Of a stretch of DNA of 64,000 bases, positions 1 to 11,493 are shown one piece after another. Position numbers and translations under genes: made by a program. Under the pieces are notes generated by a model. The model was not told the DNA's origin. It did no database searches and was given only the letters and a program-made list of their open reading frames with translations. Source of the stretch: Phoronis australis (lineage: Eukaryota > Animalia > Phoronida); assembly GCA_002633005.1 (NCBI GenBank), contig NMRA01000072.1:671957-735956 (forward strand). The letters run 5' to 3'. The first letter of the stretch is position 1. Every line of letters begins with the position of its first letter.

Positions 1-72
1 ATGCACCCTTTGACAAATCTTAATCTGGGTCGACTCTTAATTTAGCTCCATTTTTTAAATCAATGTACTTAC

Positions 73-156
73 CGACGGTGTTGGAGGCGGGGGAGGCGGT
101 TGTGCCAAAGTGCAGGCAATGATTGCAAAAACCCAAAGAACTGCGTTCACCACCAT
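73..156 (-). CDS. Exon 1 (signal peptide + Pro-rich linker) of a second secreted SUEL-type lectin paralog; remainder presumably left of the window
   Basis: Minus strand reads MVVNAVLWVFAIIACTLAQPPPPPPTPS, followed by a GTAAGT donor (phase 0). It lies inside a duplicate of 11338-11643 and matches the exon at 11410-11493. Confidence 0.75.
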
Positions 157-244
157 GGTAGATGTCGAGTCTGCTTGTTTCATGAAAAACAGAGACTCAA
201 TATTTAAGTAGGGGCTAGGGTCTTTTATTGCGAAATCTCAATTA

Positions 245-599
245 CAGGGTGTCTGACAAATGTGCTCACACTTCAAAATGATTATACCTGCATTCTTTAT
301 TGACCCTCTCAGCAAGATTAGTTGTTGGATTCATAAAGGGTTGATTAAATTTTGGTGAATCTTTGTGAATTGTTTTTTTCTATTTACTTCCGTGACATTT
401 TTGAGTTTCCGGAAGCTTTTGTTCTCCGAAACTGATTTTTTTCCATCCCTATGCGTGCAGAGTATGTGGTGGCTCACACATCCTCTTCATAGTAAGGTGT
501 AACTATACATTAGGCTTGGGCATTGAGTCTGATCCACGGGAACTGAATGTGAACTCCCAACGATATACTCAAGTGTGAGTAAATTTTTGCGACACCCTG
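245..599. mobile_element. Tc1/mariner-type MITE
   Basis: TIRs CAGGGTGTC..CTCACACTT / AAGTGTGAG..GACACCCTG, with TA on both sides (243-244, 600-601). The left end recurs at about 11584-11643. Confidence 0.8.
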
Positions 600-732
600 T
601 ATTGTTTTGTGTACTATTAGTACAGATTCATGAGGATTATTTGCATGTTGTATACAATCATATTTATGTGATGTAAGTCACGTACAACCAGCATTGTTGC
701 AGTGATAAATCCTTTCGTGTATTTATTGTTAG

Positions 733-852
733 GCATTATATTGTTTTTGTAGCACTATCACACTTCTCTTATTTTGTATTATGTTCAGTTTTCAAAATAC
801 ATATCTAATCGATATCTTTATTAAATATTTAGATGCCTGCGCATGGACAAGA
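733..852 (+). pseudogene. Degenerate duplicate of a DNA2 intron end, acceptor and first 20 nt of the exon
   Basis: atatttag|atgcctgcgcatggacaaga matches atatttag|gtgcctgggcatggacgaga at 17439-17466. About 100 bp of upstream intron also aligns. Confidence 0.75.
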
Positions 853-941
853 TCATCAAGAGACTATATTACATTCATTTGTGGAATGTACTATGTAAGA
901 GAGTTGTGGAGTAAAGTTTTTGGTGATTTCCTTATTACTGA

Positions 942-2672
942 TTTTTATGTGCCCACATATTTATATGTGGACGCATTATGCTGTCATCTGTGTCCGTCTG
1001 TCCGTGCTGCGTCCTTCCGTCCGGCGACCACTGCTCTATCTCCAAAACATCTTGACGTGTGGTCATGAAATTTTGCACGTGTGTTCCTCCCGAGGATGGG
1101 ACACCATGAGTGAACTTTTGGATGGATAAGACAACTGTTGTGCCCCCTAGTGGCAATTTTAGTTTTTTACATTTACCTCTGTGTCTTCAAAAGTCCTTAA
1201 CAGATTTTCATAAAATTTGGTATATTAGCACCTATTAGTGAGATGACACTGTCCTCTCGTTTTCGTATGGATTCGACATAGTTTGCGCCACCTAATGGCC
1301 ATTTTTACTGTTTTTGTTTCAACCAAACCGCTCAAAGGATGATTGTGAAAATTGGCATGTATATTCTTACTTTGAAGTGGACAGCTGACGATGATTTTCT
1401 GACAATTTCGACTGCTGTGACGCCTCCTAGTGGTCATTTTTGTTTTTTGCACCTTTGGCTGTATCTCCTAAACTGTTCGCAGGATCTTTATTAAATTTAG
1501 CAAGTGTATTTATATGATATTAACAAGAGAGGACGAGGACTTTCAAATGGATCTGTCCACTGGTTGCCCACCTAGTGGCAATTTTTTTTTACGTTTACCT
1601 CAGAGTCTATACTTTCAAGGGTCATCAACGTATTTTCATAAAATTTGGCATATCGACATCTGTTATTGAGGTGACGCTATCTCTCTGTTTTCAGATGGAT
1701 TCGACCTAGTTTGCGTCACCTAGTGGCCATTTTTGCCCTTTTTGAGTCTGTTTTTTAGTGTCCACTTGTCTCTTAGCCAAACCACTCAGGATAATTGTGA
1801 AAATTGGCTTGTATTTTTTACTATGAAGTGGATGGCTGACGACGATTTTCTGACAAGTTTGACTACTGTCGCACCTCCTCGTGGCAGTTTTTGTTTTTTT
1901 TGGCACTCATGGCTGTATCTCCTAAACCGCTTGCAGCATCTTTACTTAGTTTGGCAAGTGTATTTATATGATGTCAACAACGGACGACTTTCAGACGGAT
2001 CTGACTACTGGTGTGCCCCCTAGTGGCAATTTTAGTTTCAAACCCTTACCAGTCTATCTTCAAAAGTCCTCAACAGATTTTCATAAAATTTTGAATATAG
2101 GCATCTATTGGTGAGATGACTCTATCATCCTGTTTTTGGATGGAATCTAGGTATTTTGCGCCACCTGATGGTCTTTTTTGCTGTTTTCAAATCTTGACGG
2201 TTTTAAGCGTCCACCCCTCGATCAACCAAATTCTAGGGATGGTTTTGAAAATGGGCGTATATGTTTTCAGTGTGAAGAGGACGTTTGATGATGGTGACTG
2301 ACTACTACGGCGTCTCCTTGTGATAGTTTTGTTTTGTTTTGCACCCATAGCTGTATCTCCAAAACGCACTGTAGGATCTTTATTAAATTTAGTAAGTGAA
2401 TTTATATGAAGATAACAGACCACAACTTTCAGGCGGATCGAACGGACGCTGTGCCCACAAGTGGCAATTTGATTTTGTTGTGTTTTCCTTTGTTTCTCTA
2501 GGGTTCCTTGACCGTTTTTTTTTTTGAAATATGGCATATTCCTGTTTTTGGATGAATTGTACGTTTTTGCGCCATCTAGTGGCCATTATTATGATACAAA
2601 TAAATAACTCTAAAAGCACACCATTTGCGATGTATTCGTGGGCACATTTCAACGCTTAGTGTTGCTCTTGTT
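942..2672 (+). mobile_element. Non-autonomous Helentron/DINE-1-like element (HINE) with internal tandem array
   Basis: T-rich 5' junction and subterminal inverted repeat ATGTGCCCAC (947-956) / GTGGGCACAT (2638-2647). (TCCG)-type microsatellite near 990-1022. 3' stem-loop CAACGCTTAGTGTTG followed by CTTGTT. Internal ~145-bp subunits form a ~430-bp higher-order repeat. Confidence 0.8.
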
Positions 2673-4933
2673 CAAATGGCCTTGACATTCTGTTTGGAAA
2701 GACAGAATGTAACAACTGTAGAAATCTTGTAGTTTGTAATAACAAACAAATGTCATTCAGCAATGTAGAATACAGAACAAAATTTCGTAAACAACTGATG
2801 TCAATAGAGTTTTGAAAAACTATAGAAATATGGAATTTACTATTAGTAAAATGGATAGTCCATTAGAAAATTACAACGAAAAATGGAACTTAGTACAGCT
2901 ATAACGTGGTAAATATTTATGCATGTTAACTTTATGTACATATTACATTGTTACAATAAATGTATGTAAAAAGTACCCTATTCAAATAAAGTGCACTCAA
3001 ATGAACAGTTATGAAATTTGGTCTGAAATATTTTTTAAGTACGACCTGTTTTGACATATCAAGTTATTGCTATTAGGTTATAATGTGTTGTTATGAAAAC
3101 AAGTTTTATAACATTTTGTTTTCATTGTGACATCCTGATTATAACCAGCATGACACGTGCAAGGCTTGAAATGGAAACAATCCACCCCTATTCTAGTACA
3201 CAATAGCATGTAATGTAATTTTAATGGCCAGACATAGTGGAAGTAGCTTGAAAAGGGATGTATGCTATGTTGGTGTTTCATATAGTTCAAGAATCACTGA
3301 CACATAGACAGTAAAAAAGATACAACTTTGCTTATTACATTATTTTTTCAATCACGTTTGAATCCCATTTTGAAGCTTGTATATCATCCTTAAAGCTTCT
3401 TGTATTTTTTCTTTTACCAATGTTTGGTATCCTGAAATTTTGTTCTTCACTGTTTCATTATTTCTTTTGTTTATTGTTTCACTTCTGCCCAGTAATAATT
3501 ATTGTATGAATGAAAGTCAGTGTGCTCTTTATAGTCGTGCTTTAAAATATTGGTCTTTATTATACACAAAATTTTATACTTTACTAAACTGATACAGTGA
3601 AAAGTGATGCAAAGCATGTCAACTAATATTTTCAGTGCGTCTTTGTGTAGGTCAAGTCGAACAGGGTTTAGTTAGAAATCGTGGACATACAAATTAAAAG
3701 TCAGTTGGAGTTCAAATGATGTTATGATTTCTGTTTTTTTCCTCACAATGCATTTTGATATCTGCTTTAATTTGCAGACTGTTCTCCTGCGTTACCTAAC
3801 TAGACTCTTGTGAAAGCATTTGTCTTGAAAATGGTTTAGCAATAATAAACCAAAACTTGGACTAATACAATGTCTTTATTTACATATGTGCTGATTTTAA
3901 AGTTTGTTTACATATTTTGGCCAAAAGCAAATGTTGACACTTTGTGTGGGCGCAGACCTAAAAGAACGGTGACCACGGGACAGTTAATATTTGATAAAGT
4001 CGAATATGTTAACTTTGTGCCTTTCCATTAACTTTTACCTTCCTATAAGTGAACATTATTGAGGGTGACAATATGCATATTTGAAATCAGCTCTGAGAAG
4101 GATTCAAAGCCACATTGCCTGAGCAGTCGCAATCCTGAGCACACTACTTGTGGAGTTGCAAGGTCAATGTGGTGAGTTTTACAAGGGTGGTCAGCCCTGA
4201 TTTCTGCTATTCTTAACGACTGAAGCAGACCCAGTGTTGGGACTTGGAGACTAATGAAATCACAATATCAATGTATTTTGCTGCTCTGTTCAAGGCTAAT
4301 TGTTTCATTAATTCTTACCTGCCCATCAATAATCCTGAAAAAATGCGTTTTTCTACCCTAAAATTAATTATACCCCTTTGAATGTTTGCTAACAATTCTG
4401 TAAACTTAAAGATAAATTTGTTTTTCTCATCTCATAAGTGCATCAAGGGTACCTTTCCAAAAATACTATGATTTTCAACGAAAAAAAATAATAAATAGGG
4501 AATAGCGCATAAGGTACTTGCCAATTATTCCACTTATGCCATATGTTATTGTGATTTTCTACACAATATAGTCCTACTTTCCCCTTCAATTAACAAACAA
4601 AAATGCTATTGAGGAGTATTCAGGTGTTAGACATTTCACCCTAGTACTTTGGCAGACCAAGATGTCGTATTTACATCTGGATGTCGTTGTCAATCTACTT
4701 GTCCCATTTCCCATTCCATTCTCGAAAATGGCAACTATGCATGAGCTACAGTCATTATGCCAGCTTTTGCACTGGCTAGTTGTTCTTAGCCAAAAGTCAT
4801 CAATACTTTTGACTATGTAAGATGTTTTGTACACTCCACTTATTTAAGAAGCTTGGCCTTTCAACTAATGGGCAAGTCTGCTAAACGACGCCTTTTTATG
4901 CACTAGCGCCCTTGTTGTCTACTTTGTTATTTA

Positions 4934-6347
4934 CCGTATTCGCCGTAATAACTGCCCATGCCCTTATATGCGCCCCCCCACGCGTTTTCAGACTTTGCTG
5001 AAATAAGTGCCCAGTCCATGAACGTGTACATGCGAACAATGACGTACCTACAGTCCTAAAACTCAGCTACAGTAACGCCTTCAATTTATCAAAAAATTTT
5101 TGCACTGGTCTTCTAGACCACCAGCGGCACTGCTATGCTTGTATTTAGCCGTGACTTTACACTTCAAAGTAACACAGCGCTTCAAAAAGAACGCAACAGC
5201 GTTGCTACTCTCGCGACGACCGTGTCCCACTATGGTCTGACCTTTCAGTAGACACATCGACTGTCTCATGAATAAAAATAACTCTGTGTTAAACGCACGT
5301 GGCCGGGAAGCGCGCGCTACATACATGAACCTGTCATCAAAGAACTATCCATTCCTGAAACGGGTAGCATAAGCTTCGGTAAGAAATGAATATTGGCACT
5401 AATTTCCGACCATTTCTAATACTATAAAACATGTTTGCGTTATTTTTTAGATGGATTGTTTGATTAACCATAATTGGCGTTTTTAAGCCAAATATCCGAT
5501 AAAATGACAACTGACAGTGAATGCTTACACCGAAAAATAACTGTCAGATAGTTACGTACGCATCCAGCTACACGGCGACTAATATCCGGGCCTTACCGAG
5601 ACAATTGTCGAACGTTTTTAGCACGAGACTGGCAAGTGCTGAATGAAACACGCTCTGGTTTAGGCCTACTGCTTGTGCAAATTTCTTTAGATACAATGCA
5701 CATCTAACTGGTTAGATTGCGTGGCTCTGGCCAAAAGATGGTCTCTGCTTTGGCAAATGAACTCTGGTGACACGCACGCGCTCGCTTACTCGCAGACGAA
5801 CTTCAAAACAGCTGCACGTGACAACAACATGTGTGTTCCATTTTTCTCGCCGTGTTGCCGATCATACATTTAGATGGTACCATAGACTAGTCTATGATGG
5901 CACGATGTTGCACAGATTTGTACTTAAACCTGCCGTTAATCCAGACTCCACGGGAACTTAAAAAATCGTAGAGACGCTACTTATAAAACTTAATGAGGAT
6001 TTCAGGTAATTTGCTTGAGTGGAAACCATTTTTATTCAAGCATTGAAGTCACCATATCGAAGACGGCGATTTCGAGGCAGTCAGTTGGCTAGTTTTCGCC
6101 CTGGGATTTCAGCACAATTTTCTGTAAAATGATTGTAATTTAGCAGCAAAGTTTGATAGCAATGCACCACAGTTTTGTTGAAAGTCTCATAGATTACATA
6201 TACGTCACAGAGCGTAAATTTGAAGAATCTTAGCTTCCGATTTCACCCGTTTCGGAGACCGGGTTTCAACCGCCTTGGGTTATAATAAGCGCCCCCCCTG
6301 AACCGAATTTTTCTAAGCGCCCTGGGCAGTTATTACGGCAAATGCAG
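4934..6347. mobile_element. pogo/Tc1-mariner-like non-autonomous element
   Basis: TIRs CCGTATTCGCCGTAATAACTGCCCA / TGGGCAGTTATTACGGCAAATGCAG, TA on both flanks, subterminal GCGCCCC repeats. Confidence 0.75.
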
Positions 6348-8779
6348 TAATCACATTTTATGAGAAATTACAAAAATATAAACTTGAGATAGTTTTTTTT
6401 TGGAACACTACTTGAAATGAAATCAAGAAAAACTCAGATGTTTTTCTCGATTTCATTTAAATTTACGATATGTGTCTTAATTTAGATGCTATGTTTAAAG
6501 ACTCGTGTTGTACAAGGCTTGGAATTTTCCGCGGAAACACGGATTTCCGCTTTTTTCTTTTATTCCCTCCGCGTATTTTCGTTATAGTTCCGCGGAAAAA
6601 ATCGATTTGCCATAAAATTGGTTTCTCACCGCAGCGTTGCCGAAGGCTCAAAAAGCGGAAACTGCTCTTTATGTTTCAGAGGAACGAAAATTGTAATTGT
6701 GGATCACAGGCGCNGCTTGGAATTTTCCGCAGAAACGCGGATTTCCGCTTTTTTCTTTTATTCCCTCCGCGTATTTTCGTTATAGTTCCGCGGAAAAAAT
6801 CGATTTGCCATAAAATTATCGCGGTAAATTGGTTTCTCAGCCGACGGCTCGAAAAGCGGAAACTGCTCTTTATGTTTCAGAGGAACGAAAATTGTAATTG
6901 TGGATCACAGGCGCTCGAATTTCGCGATGACTCGTAACCATAGACAAGAAACATGCTTTCTTAGTAGTGAGTGACGTCAGAGGCAATCGAGGAACAGATA
7001 AATTCAAGCGCCTGTGTCTCGGGGATAGCGTGGTTCATCAATGGCGTCTGCATTTGGTATAAAATCGCGGCGACAAATAGTGCGATTCTGCGGTCAAAAA
7101 TGCGTGGAGCGTGGAGTAGACAGAATATTTCGTGGAAAAGTGGATAAAAAAACGGTCAATGTCGTCACAAAGAACATAAGTCAAGGTTTGTGTTATGTAA
7201 ACTTTGAGAGAGGAACAATTACAGAGTGCGTCGGCAAGTTGCCTCGGACTAAGTTGGAGTCGGAGGACCGACTGAAAACAATGAAACACTAGAAATAACA
7301 ACGCTTCCTGAAAAGAAAATCAACCATACCCGGTTATTCGTTGGATTGGAATCGTGTGATGTGAGTGATGTATGGAATTCATTTGTTTGATCCTACATAC
7401 ACGCCCGTTGCCGTTGGCTCCTAAGCCTAAGCCTAGGCCTGACCGCTTGAGTGCGATTTTCTATGTGCCGCCGAAACGGGATACAAAGTGCTATATTTGT
7501 TACTGCAAATGCGTTTAAATTGCCTTTTATGTATTTCAATTTATTTTGAAATTTTTTGTGTTCTATTTTATGACTCGAGTTTTGCAGTTTTAGAGAAGTG
7601 ATCACGTGACAGATTCTGAATGATCTGATTGGTCTAAGCCATTGTTTACAAATTCTACCAGACTATTTTCAGTGTCCTCACTGATAGTATTTCTTATGTC
7701 ACATAGTTTCTTCTCCACCAGCGTGGCTTATGAACAATTGACTCCTGTAATTACTGTTTGGCCAACTTTGGATTGTGATTGATGCATTCTATAAACTATG
7801 TTGTTTTTGACTTTCATTTTTCCTTGCTAACAGTTGGAGTATGAGCCTCAGGTTTTCGTCTTGAATTTTTTTCATTTGCATTGGAATTAAAATTTTTGTT
7901 GGAATTAAATGTGTATGTATTTCAGGCTTTCTAGATAATCTATGGATCGATTTTCATTTTTGTGTAATTTTGTATCGTAATTATAAGAATTGAAAATAAT
8001 TTCATTGGTCTCCCTCAGTGCAACAAATCAAGAATAAGCTCCTGCCACTCAGACTGCAAATTTTTCATCATTATCGTTATTTTAATTTTAAAAAATATTT
8101 TTGTTGCATCTATTTGCCTTCATTGTTGTTACTGAAATAGATGTCAGGTACTGTTTAAGATGAGTGCATTTTTCCAACACGACACAGTAACTTTCAATCT
8201 GTTGAGGTATGGATTAGATTGAAATGTGTATTTAAGGCCGTAAAATTTTCCTCTTTTTTGTCATGGGTCATTCCAAGCCCTGGTTGTTGGCTTGTCACAG
8301 CTGGTCAATTTACATACAGAACATGATCTCGTGAATTAGTTAACTGTCAGTTTTGTCTAAGGCTAGAAGCTGCTTCTCTAACTATTTGAGTTCAAATTAA
8401 AGTTAATTTCTTTGATACAGTACAGATTTTTAGTCTTTTAAATTTCAATAATCTTGTCTGATCAGCAACGTCCCTCATACTCCATGCAGAAGTTAAACCT
8501 GACCTGTAAATGAACCCTTTAGGTGTCCATCTTAGCAAGACAAAGGTCACATTGACATAAAGGAGAGTGTGTCATTGCAGTCATGCCTTTATTACAACTG
8601 ACATTTGTAACATATTCTTGTGACTGAACACATTATTTTAAGTCACACAATTAGTTCATGTCACGTTTTTGAAAAATGTTTGAATTTCAAAAGGTTACTT
8701 TTTGCACATTATTCTGATTGGCGTTTGAAAATTCGGTATTGTATGTCATTAACAACAAGTTTGTTTTAAAACATCAACC

Positions 8780-9085
8780 TTATTTTGCCTCGATACATTC
8801 ATGATATATCTTCAAATACTTGTACACATTTCTACAGCTGGTGTCATAAAAGAAGGTATTTGATGCGACAACTTCACACGCTTGTTGATCGTTACACTGT
8901 CTTCGTACTTTATTCAAGGCCTTTTCAGCGTTGGCTCCACACAGGCTATCCTTAGTCTGTCCAGGAGGCACATTAGGGCAGGTGACATGGTCATCGCGAC
9001 CCCAGAATACACTCTTTACTTCAATAAGCTCATATTGCTTACATTGTATCCAACCTTTGTTGCCCTCACATATGACGGTATTATT
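8780..9085 (-). CDS. Exon 2 of secreted SUEL/rhamnose-binding (Gal_lectin) lectin, nematogalectin-like domain
   Basis: Acceptor ttttctctttcag, then NNTVICEGNKGWIQC..FWGRDDHVTCP..LC..KVRRQCNDQQACEVVASNTFF..SCRNVYKYLKIYHEC*. All 8 SUEL cysteines are present. Phase 0 matches exon 1. AATAAA on minus near 8590. Confidence 0.92.
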   Translation of the reverse strand, partial: NNTVICEGNKGWIQCKQYELIEVKSVFWGRDDHVTCPNVPPGQTKDSLCGANAEKALNKVRRQCNDQQACEVVASNTFFYDTSCRNVYKYLKIYHECIEAK

Positions 9086-9760
9086 CTGAAAGAGAAAGTT
9101 TTGCAGAAAATGTGAATAAACTTCACTTTGTGGGCTGGGTTGTAGAAAATTTATATTATCCTCTGAGTAAGTTTGGTTGTTACATGACATCATAAGCATT
9201 GCTCAACAATGACAACACACTGGCATGCATTTCAAGCCAGGCCAAAAGTTCAAACCTGACGCAGCATTTTCCAAACTCGTCGCGCATTTTCCAAACTCGA
9301 GGCGGCAAAATCCAAACTTGTTACAGCGTCGAGTTATAACAGGTCGTGGAGAACACTGATTTGTACAGTGATGTCAGTGATATTCAGTGTATAAATTTTT
9401 CGCAACTCTCCCGTGGACTTTGTTTTGTCTTCACAATACCTTGTGACTATTCATCTGGACTCTCATTGTGGCAGTTTTTCCTTTTACCCATCTTGCACAG
9501 TCTGTGTTTCTATTGCTGTTTTTACTTAGTTTTTGATGGTAATTTCAATTACATTTTTTGCCTTCTCGTTTTACTCTGCAACGTAGATTGCAACCCAGGC
9601 AAAATAAAATTTAAATTGTTGATCAATTTGAATTCCTTTGTTAAGATACTTCTAATCTCTTTGTTGTTCTGCTTCACTTCAGGTGTGTTTTGCTTTTTTG
9701 CAATCATTTTTCTCCCTTTTCCCCATCCTGATATGTTTTTTTGTGTTATTTTTTGTAATA

Positions 9761-11185
9761 TTATGTACCCTCATACACATGTTATATGGGTGCATATTAC
9801 CATCATTTCTGTCTAGGTGTCCTTCATTCAGTCTTTGCCAATATATCTTTTAAACCGTTTGCAGAATTTTCATGAAATTTAACAATTGTGCTTCTGCAAA
9901 AAGGTGACAGAAGGTGGCAGCTATTTTCTGGTGGATCCGACTACTGGTGTGCCCACTAGTGGCAATTTTTTACATTCATTGCCATAAGTGCCCAGTCCCG
10001 TGGTAGATACTTGCAAAATTGTCTAAATACGTTTCTGTTGAGGTGGCAATGACATCTTTCAAATTTCGAATGGGATTGGTGCAGTCTGAGCACCCTATTG
10101 GTGTCTTGTCTATCTGTTGGCCATTAAGATTATTATGAAATTTAGACAGATATATCTGTGTTGAAGAGAGCACTGCTGACATTGCGATTTACGTACCATT
10201 TGGAATACTGTGATGCCTCCTAGAAGCAATTTTGCCTTATTTGTCTTTGCCTCAATATCTACCAAGAAGTTACTTAATGGATCAACATGAAATTTGGTTT
10301 ATCTATTCCCATTGAAGAGAGCCTTTCTGGCACTGACTGGGATGAGTCTGACAGCTTCAGCATACCCTGGTGACAATTAAAGTTTACAATATGCCTCAAG
10401 ATCTTTGAAGAATTTTAATTAACTTCAGCTTATAGTTATTTACTAAAGAGGGGATAACAATATCCCTTTTTGGATGGCTTTGACATATTCTACATGACCT
10501 AATGGCCACTTTCTTTGTATTTTTTTCCGTTTGCCTATCTACCTGTCAAACCACTCATAGAATTGTCATGAAAGTTGAAGTATGTGGTTCTACTTGGAAA
10601 AAGAATGGCTAACAATAATTTTGGGATGGCCCTACTGCTGTGGGGGCCGCACGTGACAATTTTGTTTTGGATTTTTATGAACTTTGGTTTGTGTTTCTAT
10701 AATGTGTATGTGTTTGTATTGAGGAGACAACAACTGACCCGTTATATAGCGGAAATTTTGCTTTTCTTTGCTTTTGCCTTGATATCTACTAAGTTAATGG
10801 AGGTTCATGAAATTTGGAAAATAGGGCATTGTCATAGAAATGACAGCACCTATCCCATTTGAGATGGATTTGACCCGTTACACTTCCTGAAGTGGCCTTG
10901 TTATTAATTTTATGTCTATTCTGTTTTGTGCCCCCTATCCAAACTACATGAACAATCTGGTATATGTTGGCAGATGGGATCCTGTTGAGGAGAACATCAC
11001 TGACTTGCTTTGTACCCCTTAGATGCTATTTTGAAGCTCCATTTCAAATTAGTTTCATTAAAAGTCGGTCTCCTAATATCCCTTACTATTCTTGTAACCA
11101 ACTCAAATCAGGCGTATAAAGTTCTTCTTGTATCTGCACTGTATGCAATGCACATGGTGGCCTCATGTCTGAAATGCCTCTTGTT
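9761..11185 (+). mobile_element. Old, degenerate HINE copy in the lectin intron
   Basis: Carries the subunit motifs (catgaaattt, gtgcccactagtggc) and similar ends (ttatgtaccc..., ...cctcttgtt) seen in 942-2672. Confidence 0.55.
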
Positions 11186-11409
11186 CCTTTTGTTATAAGA
11201 ATCAAATGGTCAAAATTCAAGCATTCCCAAAACTTGAAATTTATGTTGGAATATGTCAACACCATTCTTTGCAGTGTCTGCCAGTTACTGGAGTTGTTTG
11301 TTGTTCTTTGCCTGTAAAAGTGTTGTGAATAATTTCTATGCACCCTTTGATAAATTTTAATCTGGGTCGACTCTTAATTTAACTCTGTGTGCTAAATCAA
11401 TGTACTTAC

Positions 11410-11493
11410 CAACGGAATGGGCTGCGGAGGAGACGGTTGTGCTGAAGTGCAGGCAATGATTGCAAAAACCCAAAGAACTACGTTCGCTTCCAT
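11410..11493 (-). CDS. Exon 1 (signal peptide) of the secreted SUEL lectin gene; spliced product 129 aa
   Basis: MEANVVLWVFAIIACTSAQPSPPQPIPL followed by GTAAGT. Good Kozak context (accATGG) and a TTAAATA TATA-like box about 55-60 bp upstream. Confidence 0.8.

Noticed and set aside
942-2672. Regularly spaced repeats as a CRISPR-like array
   Set aside because: The intervening sequences are themselves homologous ~145-bp subunits. The context is eukaryotic and no cas genes are present.
6514-6913. Near-identical 200-bp tandem duplication and the 155-aa ORF through it
   Set aside because: The copies meet exactly at an n (6714), so this is most likely an overlapping contig-end or haplotype artefact within a MITE end.
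9086-9199. N-terminal extension MLMMSCNN.. of the lectin ORF
   Set aside because: It has no signal peptide. A strong acceptor at 9086-9087 and a phase-matched upstream signal exon explain the gene better.
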